The notes under the pieces were generated by a model that worked only from the letters and a program-made list of their open reading frames with translations, did no database searches and was not told the DNA's origin. A stretch of DNA of 64,000 nt, from assembly GCA_028023455.1 (NCBI GenBank), contig JAQFVV010000005.1, positions 7,936,001-8,000,000 on the forward strand, given 5' to 3'. The translations under genes were made by a program, and so were the position numbers. This stretch comes from Epiperipatus broadwayi (lineage: Eukaryota; Animalia; Onychophora). Positions 34,926 to 46,100 of the stretch are shown here, one piece after another. How positions within the stretch are numbered: position 1 is the stretch's first letter; each line of letters opens with the position of its first letter.

Positions 34926-35030
34926 GAGAACTGATGAATGCTAGTTCAGCACAAAATACATATATTGGAGATCATTTATCTTTTTTGCATTGTGGTCATG
35001 TGCATCAGTTGTATATGATGAAATGGATGA
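34926..35030 (+). repeat. Third (inverted) copy of family 5 with decayed hammerhead, next to (TA)n
   Basis: gagaa CTGATGA atgct agttc agcac AAAA tacata ta ttgg (34927..34968); reverse complement matches 31020..31115; follows (TA)n at 34895..34914. Confidence 0.75.
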
Positions 35031-35100
35031 CTAAAGAGAGCTTGAAAGTCTTAATTTGAATACCATACAATTACATCTAGATTAAAAGTATATATACTGT

Positions 35101-35648
35101 ACATGATTAGTAATTTAAAGTGATTAATCAGAATCTTCATGTTCTCAGTTCCAAATGCTTCAGATTGGCCCATACATATATCTTGGGTGAAAAAAGATAG
35201 AGTGATCCATTCTGTCTTTTAAAAAGACTATCCTGTGTTTGGAAAGGAGTGTATTCAGTTTAAATAGTGTTCCATCTGTAAAGTGCATATGCCGTACTTC
35301 AAGCTACATTATTATTTATAATTTATATAAAAACATCATGCTACATAAATATTTACATATGTTTCAGTTTCCATATAATAATGACGTATTGCAAATTGTT
35401 AAAATTTCGTAAATGTCATTAATAGAAATCATATGATTACAATTTAAAGTGATTAATCAAAATTTTCATGCTCTCAGTTCTAAATGTTTCAGATTGGCCC
35501 ATATATATAGCTTGGGTAAAAAAAGATAGAGTGATCCATTCTGTCTTTTAAAAAGACTTTATCTTGTGTTTGGAAAGAATTATTCAGTTGAAATTGTGTT
35601 CCATCTGTAAAGCGCATGTGCCATGGTTTAAGCTACATTATTATTTAT
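35101..35648. repeat. Tandem copies of the 329-bp family (homologous to 29203..29774)
   Basis: aatttaaagtgattaatca at 35112 and 35441 (period 329); shares cttcatg.tctca, aaaagataga...tct.tctttt and aaagcgcatgtgc with the 29-kb locus. Confidence 0.9.
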
Positions 35649-38600
35649 TAAATATTAAATATGTATTTATATATTTATTGCTCATCCTAAATGGAAACAA
35701 AATTTATTTACTGTAAAAGGGAATGAGAATAGATAAGCATACCATGTTCGAAACAACTATTGATGATACTGCAGAAAACAGTTCCAATAGCACTAGTTTG
35801 ACACATTGATAAAAGCAATGTGGCATCCAGATGATAAAATAATTAGCTGCATCTTTGAACATAATATCAAGCATCTGTTAAAGTAATTTTTTTTTTAAAA
35901 AACGGTTTATTTAATTGTATTTCCATAATAATTATGCAGTATATTGAATGTTTGGTATATTATTGATATTTTTGAGTATAATTTTAATAATTAATTTTCA
36001 TATTTTTTTATGGAAATGCTGCAACATCACCATACTTATGGACTACATATCTAACTAACATTGTATTGTGCAATCTTTTGTTAATTATTTAAACAAAGTA
36101 TGGTAAGTATGTCTGTATATATATAAATCCTTAATTGAATAAATGATTAGTCATAATAATAATGTATTTATCTGCAATGTTTGATGTCAAAATTGGGTAC
36201 TATTCCAATAGATTGTGCCAGCTGCTTGATGGCATTGTTGCTTTGCAAAAACACATCAATATAATGTTACTGGGCCCATCCCATTCTTTGTAAAAGAATA
36301 ATAATCATACGGGTTAACGTAATTCATATATTTCCTTAATAACACTTACTGGAATAATTTAAGTAAACATATGTTATTGCAAATATTCTATTATAGTATA
36401 ATTCCCCATGTATGCCAGCTCTGTCTGGCAAAACCATCCTCCCCCTCCCCACAAACTTTACAATGCCTACTAGCATTGCTTGAGACATAACTAACTCATC
36501 ATGGTGACAAAAAAATGCCGATAATGCTCTAATTACTGAGCTGTATTTTACTTTTTTCAGTCATTTTTGAAAAGAAAAAATAATTATTTATTTATTGGTT
36601 GATTTATTACAATATCTATCTTTGAAAGAATATGTGTATAGATATTAATGGCACACTTATTAAAAATGATTACTAATTTCCAACTTGATTGGTTTTTTGT
36701 TTATTTTAATGATTAATAAATGTATTCTTTGGACAATTTCTTTTGGTCTCTAGATAGAAATACAAAATTTTTCACAGTCATACATTATTTCCCAAAGACT
36801 TAATATAATTCATTGATTTCCTTAATCAATTTCTGTCATTAAGTTGAGAACAATTTTAAGCTACCAAAAATTTAAAAAGCTTTAACCACAAGTGGCCAAA
36901 AATTTCATCTTAGTCCTGCAATATAGGGCAGATGGTATGCCTTTTCATATCCACAAGAATTAAAACTTTATCAATTGATCTACCTTATTGCAAAGATTCT
37001 ATTAAGTAAAATTAATGAAATTCCCTATGTATGCCAGCTTCTGTGGATGGCAGTTGGCCTGATTTTGACCTGTCAGCCATTGTTTTTGTTGCAGTCATGT
37101 TCTTGCACAAACATGACTTTTCATGTGAGCTGGTTGAAATCTTGCTTGGATGTACTCTTTCTGAAATTTTTGAAGGTTCCATGTTGAGTAGGAAAGCGTG
37201 GTGATGGGTTGACAATTGTTAGGAGGTAATAGTAGGTCAAATGACTTGTAGGATAATTCCTTTGACATGCATATTTGAAGAGTTGTGGCAGTCTAAAGTC
37301 CAAACACTCTCACATGATACTTTAGAGAACATTGAACTGTGAGCATTGTGGTAAATTGCATAACACTAATGCCCACCAATAAAGGGCATCTTTTCTTTGC
37401 TTTATAGCATAAAAATAATGCCATCGTCTGTGCCACCTTTTAAATGGCCTCTTTCTGTGCTTTTTTGCATAGATATATAGGCCTAGAAGATGATGGCCAC
37501 ATAAACAGCATATTTATATGCTTTTACATATAAATAGTGGCGTAAAGCAGTTGACATGATCTAATAGAATGGTTCCCAAAATTGTGAGTGCAGAAAGTTT
37601 GATAATTTGTAAATTAAAATATAATCTTATAATAAACCATAATGAGTAAACTATGTAAGATAAATATTTAAATAACAAAACAAAATATTAAATACAATTT
37701 TTTATTTATTTCAGTTATATAAATTGTGTAATTATTATTAAAGACACAGAATTTTAGTTATGATGGTAATAAATCTCAAAATATTTCAACATTTAAAACA
37801 GCCCATTATTTAACTTTCCACTTCAATTTTCTTATCTTATGTAAGATAAAATAATGAAAACATGTTTGTCCTTCTAAATCTTTATCTGATACTCTGCCTG
37901 TCCTTATTCTAAAATAGTTTCTCATTTATGGTCTTAATCAATAAAAGGTTTTGGATCTAGGTTAGTGTATTGAATTTTTTAGATGTAATGCATTTTTTAT
38001 TTTGAAGCATTATTCAAATCTACAATTTTTAACTGATAAAAGCCACATATTAGAAACAAGTTTGGGAATATGGACAAAACAGCATTGGAGAAGAAGAATG
38101 TATTAAACATGATCTTGTCACATCTATTGATTTCCTAAGCTTATTATATTATATTCCCTAAGCTTACTATAAATGAAAAAACTGAGATAGAATTTTGCTT
38201 CTGAAAATCATTGTGTAAGCTGGTACAAAATGATGTTTCTTTGTTTTATAAGTTTTCTGTTTATAAAAGTGCAACAATATAGACTTAATATTTAAAATGT
38301 TTTATATATATTGTAACACTTGCAATATATATGTTGTAAAATCACACACACACACGCACGTGCACACACATGTATATATATTGCAACAGGATGGGGAGAT
38401 GGGAGTGGAAGGAATTGAAAGGTTGACCATGGTCACACCTAGGGTGATGGCAAAATCATCATCACTCCCAGTCAATTCAAAATTTAAAATATTAAATATC
38501 AAAAGTAAGAGATTTGATGAAAAATATTAATGTAATTAAGTAATATGGATATTAAGTAATTTTTAATATCTAAAAATATATAAGCAATGTTATATCTTAC

Positions 38601-40329
38601 AAGACAGCATGAGATTAGAGAATCTCTAAGAGATCAGCCAGCTGACACAGAAGATCAATTATAAGTATAATTATAAATCCACCATACATCAACCAGCATT
38701 ATCAATAAGTATAAGTAATACTTGAAAGAAATACCAAAAAGAAACCATTCATCATTATTAATGATCAACAATATAAAATAAAATCAACAGTCAAACTTGT
38801 GACTGGATTGGAAATGGGTCTTCTATAGACCAGGCTAACTATTGAGCCCTTGCCAGCTTGTGGCAGATTATTGAAACCATTATTTGGATACACCACTTAA
38901 GTGCTAATCCATTAGAATACATAACTAGAAAAGTCTAAACATTAATGCTGGAATATTAAAATCTGATCATCATCAATGTTCTGGCCACTTAGCATCATTA
39001 ACGTACTGGCCAACTATAAACTTAATTTCTAAGACTGAACTAAAACAAAATGTAGTGCAGGAGCTTTAAAGAATATAATCTTATGTGCCAATCATGATGA
39101 TGATGATTGATCATCAATGGATGTCCCCAAAAGCACTAATATACATCATTTATATATTCATCCCATGCTTAAATCTAGCTCAGAGAACATAAGCTCATTA
39201 CTGCTATGTGACCAAGAGATGATGCAATGCAATTTTTAACAATTGAATTCAAGTTTATTAACAATGATAACAAAAAATTAAAATTAAGGTCTATAGAATC
39301 AGGCTTCTGGTTTTGAATAATATACAATAGTAAAAGTTATTGTATTGTGATTTATAAGATTAATACAAAATTTAAGTTATTACATTAGTTTATACATATA
39401 TGCACACAGACACATGATTTATAACATATGATTAATATATTTCAATTGATATTCAATAATGACAAAAAATGATTAAATTTTACATATATGTTTTATTTTA
39501 ATTTGTTACAAAAATATTTTCCTAATTGATTCCATTTGGAAAACATACATAAATTTCACACATATACATGCCTGTAAAGAATATATAGATATAATTTAAA
39601 ATTAGTTATCAGTTTATAAGTTATCTTTTTTTTTCTTAAAAAAAGTATAGTAAATTTTTGACAAGTACTTGTTGATTAATTATCAGCATTTTTAAATTTA
39701 AATTATTCTTTACTTTTTTTAATTTTTTAAATCCAGACAAAATTATTTGCTTGTTTGTTCACTTTTAAAATGTCTCTTTTCATTTTAATAAACAAAAGAT
39801 AAAATGTTTTATAGAATTAAAAAATATAAATTTCAAAATGTTTTTCTGCCCTCTCAATAAATGATTTAAAATAATTGCTATAGATTATATATCTCACTTT
39901 TAGAATGTCATTTTTAATGAATATGAAAATTATTTCTTTACAAAATATACATAGCAAATTGTTTTTCCTTTAGACATTTGACTCAAGCAAATTTTACTTT
40001 TAAGTTGCTAAGTTAAAATGTCTTTTTTATGGAATATTTTAAAAAAATACAATTCACTGTATATACATTTATCTGTGCTTCTCTGGATATAGACACAGCT
40101 GCATACATATAACTACTTATTCATCAACTGATGGTTTCTTTTGGTGGTGACATGTTTTGAAAAGACATAATCAGGAAGTTATAATCAGTTAAACCTTGGC
40201 ATTGAATCAGTTCCCTTCTGTCTGGGATGTGATAAATGGTAGTTTTATAATAACATGTTGAAACCACTTGAGAGTGTGGTTTGTTTGTAAACAAAAATAA
40301 ATATAATGTTGCCGGGGCCAGGTTTTTTT

Positions 40330-40587
40330 TTTTTTGGTTTAACACATTTAAAAAAGTAATATAAAATAATTTTTTAAAAAAAAATGCATAAAGCAAAATG
40401 AATTTTAAAAAGTACTTACTTTTTATTCTTTTCATTACTTATATTTTCGGGCTGGGGTGTTTTTTGGTTTGGTTTGTTTATCACATTTAAAAGTAATATC
40501 AAATAAATTTTTTACAAAAAAATACATAAATCAAAATTATTTTTAAAAAATAGTTACTTTTTATTCTTTTCATTACTTATATTTTTG
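40330..40587. repeat. Diverged ~138-bp tandem duplication
   Basis: acatttaaaa(aa)gtaatat...ttacttttattcttttcattacttatatttt twice (cattactt at 40433 and 40571). Confidence 0.85.
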
Positions 40588-40859
40588 ACTTGGTATTCTA
40601 CAAAATCAACTTTTTAAAAAAAAAATTACAAATAAATATATTTACATTTTTTTAACGGTTATTCGATGAAATCAATAAATACATTTACAACAAAAAGTCA
40701 AACTTTTTTGGGGGGAGGGAATTACAATTCTTAACAAAATGGAATGCAACTCGAATGTTGACTAACTTTTTATGGTAATTACTGAAACAAATATATACAG
40801 CATTTAAAACCAACTTTTTTGGCTCTTCAGGAACAGCACACATGCAGCTTCAAGCTCTT

Positions 40860-41020
40860 TTGTTTGATAACCCTTCCAGCAGTCAGAGAACTTTGACATT
40901 TGGAAATGTTACGATTTCAGCCATTTTATTAAGCTTGCAGTTCTCACAGAAACTTGACTTTGAGTGTGATTTGATCAAAATCACGCTTGCACCTACACTT
41001 GCCGAATTTTTTGAGCAGGA
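40860..41020 (-). pseudogene. Possible Merlin/IS1595-like transposase remnant
   Basis: Minus strand gives KFGKCRCKR and, after a shift, SDCWKGY, resembling Merlin KFGKRKYNRG and SDxWxGY motifs. Spacing is shortened and no TIRs were found. Confidence 0.35.
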
Positions 41021-42256
41021 AATCCAGGCTATGGAAGCATGAGACTATGCTCATGATTGTTGTAGACATTCAGAAAACATGGGAGATATAGGAGGAGATG
41101 TCTTAATGAATATTAAAATAGTTTTGACATTCAGAATTCCAGCCACCCTCACACAATATCCAAAAATGAAATGTGATCGCACATCAAAAATGTGTAACAC
41201 AAATCTGAGCTGTAAGCTGACACAATAGCTTCTGCATCAGATTAAATGTCATGTTTCTGTGCATTAGCATAGGAATAGACACAGCCACCATGTACAATGG
41301 ACTATTTCTAGGCTTATGCATTAGAAATAAAACGTTCGATAGCAGAGGCCACCTAAACAGTATATTTCTGTGCACTATCATAGAAATGACATCCTCAGGC
41401 AGTTTCAACATGCTATTATAAAACTACCTGATAAATTTCAGCAAGTAAGCTGTCTTGGATTAGGCTTCAAGTAAATTAGCTGTCTTGGTTTGATGGATTT
41501 CAGGAAAGCAACTGTCCTCCCCACATTAAAGGCTATGAATTTCAACACAAAGAAGTGGGTCATTTTTCTTTACGTGAATTCAAACTCCAGCAAAGGAAAA
41601 TAGCAGCAGCTCCTGGATCTACTGTCCTGCCTTCAGGTATATCAGTTCATGGTACCTATTCTTCCAACTCTCTGCTACACCTAATAACACATTGCAGCTA
41701 TCTATTTCAGGCAGCTAATTGCTGCCATTTATCCAAAATAAAATTTACTAGCCAAACTGTTCTGTCCAGCTCTTACAAAAACTACAATTCAGACTACAGC
41801 TAATGTTTTTGTCAGTCCTTTTATAGTCTTGGTGAGGTGATAATAACACTAAATTTAAAAACAGTTGGTTTTTATCTCTAATCCTTTTTAAAAACAAGCT
41901 TCAAATTTTTATCAACGTCTGATATACATATTTCCACTTAATGGATTTCCAATAGATAGAAATTTTGTTCAATTAATTAAAAAATTTCAAAAATACACAT
42001 TATCAGAAAACATGCTTGTTTTTAAATTTCAAAATCAGAATTACAAATAATATTTAGATCTTTTTAAAATGTTTTAATCTATAATAAAACTCTGTTTAAA
42101 TTCAGAATTATTTAATCCTTTATTTACTATTTTTATTGCAGGTAAAATGTAGAAAAATATCTACAAAAATTTATATCAGTGCTTATTTCTACTTTTCCTT
42201 TCAATTTGATATATAACAGACCTGTTATATATATATAATACAGTAAAAAATATTTT

Positions 42257-42368
42257 AAAAACAAATATATACCATAATTTAATAGAAGTACTTTCAACTA
42301 TCTATGTAGTCATTATCAACTGGATAGTCGAAAGTACTTCTATTAAATTATGGTATATATTTGTTTTT
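42257..42368. repeat. Near-perfect hairpin, ~46-bp arms, 20-nt loop
   Basis: aaaaacaaatatataccataatttaatagaagtactttcaactatc / gatagtcgaaagtacttctattaaattatggtatatatttgttttt with one mismatch; loop 42303..42322. Confidence 0.95.
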
Positions 42369-42439
42369 TAATAATTTATATATATATACTTAGCCAGAGA
42401 CAGCACTTAAAATATCTCTGTCAGGAACCCCTCCCCAAA

Positions 42440-42480
42440 CCCCTGACCATGGTTTCATGCTTTGGCACTCCTCAGAGAGG
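42440..42480 (-). ncRNA. Minimal type I hammerhead ribozyme (family 2)
   Basis: Minus strand CCTCT CTGAGGA GTGC CAAA GCAT GAAA CCATGG TC AGGGG: intact CUGANGA/GAAA core, 4-bp stem II, C-G stem III with palindromic CATG loop, GUC triplet, 5-bp stem I. Confidence 0.9.
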
Positions 42481-42724
42481 TGTCAGGGTAGGTTCAGACA
42501 CTAGATCTAAAAATACCAACCCAAAGCCAGCATTTAACTAAAAGTTATCTATTGGTGGAAAATCTGAAAATTTCAGACATCTACATGTCTTCAAACCCAG
42601 CTATCCAACTCAAATAGCTATATGGGGCTGAAAATTTCAGATTTTCCACTCAATAGATAACTTTTAGTTAAATGCTGGTTTTGGGTTGGTATTTTTATAT
42701 CTAGTGTCTAAACCTATCCTGACA

Positions 42725-42765
42725 CCTTTCTGAGGAGTTCCAAAGCATGAAACCATGGTCAAGGG
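42725..42765 (+). ncRNA. Family 2 hammerhead copy
   Basis: CCTTT CTGAGGA GTTC CAAA GCAT GAAA CCATGG TC AAGGG. Stem I shows a compensatory C-G to T-A change relative to the other copies; one stem II mismatch. Confidence 0.85.
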
Positions 42766-43147
42766 TTTGGGGAGGGGTTCCTGACAGAGATATTTTAAGT
42801 GCTGGCTCTGGCTAAGCATTTATCACAAAGCTTGTAGAGCAACTGGCAATCCTCATTGTTTTATAACTTACAAGCTTAAGAGATAGGGTTATGTGATCTA
42901 TGACTCTTATTTTGACTATTTATAGTCTCTGCCATAAGTCTTATGTAATTTTTATATTGCTAAGACTACTACTATATGGTATGGCTGAAGATCTATCAGC
43001 CCCATATAGCTATTTGAGTTGGATAGCTGGGTTTGAAGACATGTAGATGTTTGAAAATTTTAGATTTTCCACTCAATAGATAACTTTTAGTTAAATGCTA
43101 GCTTTGGGTCGGTATTTTTAGATCTAGTGTCCAAACCTACCCTGACA

Positions 43148-43188
43148 CCTCTCTGAGGAGTGCCAAAGCATGAAACCATGGTCAGGGA
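43148..43188 (+). ncRNA. Family 2 hammerhead copy
   Basis: CCTCT CTGAGGA GTGC CAAA GCAT GAAA CCATGG TC AGGGA; core intact. Confidence 0.9.
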
Positions 43189-46100
43189 TTTGGGGAGGGG
43201 TTCCTGACAGAGATATTTTATTTGCTGGCTCTGGCTAAGCATTTATCACAATGCTTGTAGAGGAACTGGCAATCCTCATTGTTATATATATATATATATT
43301 CTAACCTTCTTTAAGAGTCTCTATCTATAATATATTTAGTTCTATCTACATACATCAATCGCCCCTATAATTAGGCGTCTCATTTTCTAACCTAATAAAG
43401 TATGTTCTCGGTGACATGCAAATTCACCAATGTGCATCCTCAGCCTAGCTCAGTGGTCGGTTAGTTATAAAACAATTTAGCAACAGATATATGCAGTTAA
43501 GACAAGAAAAGAAATTTAAATTATAAAATAAATTATCGTCAGTAAAATAAATATATTGGGAAGAAAGAGAAATGCACTCATTCCCTAATTAATAATTTAG
43601 AATAAAATAACATCCTCTTCTTATCAAAAACACATTATCTGAGCTATAAGAATTTGCACTTTTCAACAATGATGATAACTTCTCATGTTCTTGTTAATGT
43701 TACCCCCCAAAAAAAAATATCCATTATGTAAATCATTTGCCAATATGATCTGAAAATACTTTTCTTATAGCACAATTGTAAGTTAAACTCTTTTAAGCCG
43801 CACCACAATTGTAATATCACCAATAATTGATCACTTCTTAATTAAAGAATAATTATAATGACAATAATAATCTCAGGGTTTCTTTGTCTACTTTAAAAAA
43901 AAAAAACTATACAGTACTGTGCCATCACATATGACTGGTATTCTGGTAAGTTATAGGAAACATTCACTTTACTTCAAAGTTAATGTGTCCTCATATATCT
44001 TAACAACTATTATAACTATTTAAAAGGGGTGATAAATATGATCAACAATGACATGAATAATCACATAAAATTTTGAATAATATAGCCTTTTATCCAGAAT
44101 CTCAGTCAGAATAATAAAGAGACAAGGGTGCTTTTTGTGTCCTTCCATCATCCATGACAACACAATAGATTAACTAAGACTAATTAATTCAACAATTTAA
44201 CTAGATATAACTGGAATAATGTGCAGTCAGAGTTAATAACTTGGGAATAAATTCATTCTTACAATTAAATGATGTTTAGTCTGAAGTTTGCAACCCTATA
44301 AATAATTATTATTAAAAGAAAATGAACTGAAATATTCAAATCTGCATAAAGTTTGTCTATCTGCTATATTAAGCTTTTGAGAGTTTGAAATGATTTCGGA
44401 CTCAAGAAAATGTTTTACAAATATTGTGCAAACACACTTATATTTAGCATACCAAAAAAAAAAATTCACAACGAATATTGACAAGACTATAATTTATTAC
44501 TATCACAGAACTAAAATATATATATATATATATACAAATTTATTGAATAATATCACATTGATATGAAATATAAATCAACATTAATCTGTCTATTGTTTAG
44601 GTATAGATTAAAATTATAAATTCACATGTTTGCAATCATGCTATTGCATTGGATTGACTAGCTAAAAATGCATCTCATTTACTAATATACTAATCTATGA
44701 TTTTGGTAAACTTTCTATAAAGCTTTTACTTAAAGTTACTTACTAACTAGTTTTGTTTTTATTGATTAATACTATGATATGAAGTACGCAAAATCTTAAA
44801 TTTATTCCTAATAAAGTTAATCAAATTATGATTTATAATTGAACAACCTATTTCTAATTATGGGTCATTTATCAGAAGTCCCACTCACCATCTCACATTT
44901 ACGATAAATATTTTAATTATAAGTGTAATTCAAACTATGGATATTTCTTAATTAAATGTTGTGTTTGAATATTCCTCCAACAAATAAGCATTTTAAAATA
45001 CGCAGTTTTAACTTTCTCCATTGGTTTGCTTGTCAACTACTATCAAGATTCAGTAGCACAATACAGATATTGATCTCAATTATTAAGGCACTATTGATAC
45101 TAAAGTGCACCTTGAGGAACTAACACCTCACCCAACATTTATCCTTACCCTAACATTAAAACAAAGCACAAATAATCAACACCTTCTATGGTAGAAGTAT
45201 CTTTATATTCACATGAGGAATGCAGAATAACAATGAATGTCTGCAGATTAAAATCCTACACTGAAGTATTTTGGTGGTTTCTTGCCTATTACTCGGGCAT
45301 AAAACGAACACGCACCAAGTATAATCCTCTCTTGGGATTTAAAATACCTTAAGTATCTAAATATTAGATCAACTATGGATCGTTCTATTTATGAGAATTG
45401 ATCACATGGACTATCAAACCTACCATAACATTGTATCAAAACTAATCCTCTCATGGAAAATAAAGTATCTTGGGGAGATCATTTTCATCCCACAAAATAA
45501 AATACATTATAAGTATTACATATGCTGATATTAAGCATATATCTATCCTACACTTAGGCAAGATAAGAAAACACACTAATCATAATAAAGCTATGTTACA
45601 ATGTATACTTTGATCAATATCTGAAACCAATGGACATGGCAGCATAAAAGTATAAAAATTTTAATTCTAATGAAGGAATACTAAAAAACAATGGGTAGCA
45701 TATCAGCTTAAACTAAATAAAGTGGATGTGTTATTAAAGAATAACTGTTACTAAATTACTTAATTAGTATAATATAAATTCTGTTCAAACATTAAACAAG
45801 AAATATTTTGTTAGAGCTTTTTTTTTTAGAGTTACTTCTGATAATTTTCAATATTTATTTTACCCATTAAATAAATATAAAATATTTTTCTTTTAAGTAC
45901 CTAACATGTAAAGTTTATATCTCCAATTGCATTTAATAAATCTGATGCACTTCATAGGTATTACTTCATATTAAATACAAACTGAATCTGGGGTAATGAT
46001 AATAAGACCTATACTTATCATTACAAGATCATTAAAATATTACATGACAGATATAAACCTTAGCATACATTAATATTATAACACAAAATAAAATTTTACA

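Larger units (their letters stand above)
42389..43283. mobile_element. Retrozyme-like array family 2: ~423-bp hammerhead-bearing units in two oppositely oriented arms
   Basis: Left arm 42389..42631 is the reverse complement of the unit; right arm 42632..43283 holds ~1.5 direct units (gctaagcatttatcac at 42811 and 43234). (TA)n on both flanks. Confidence 0.9.
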
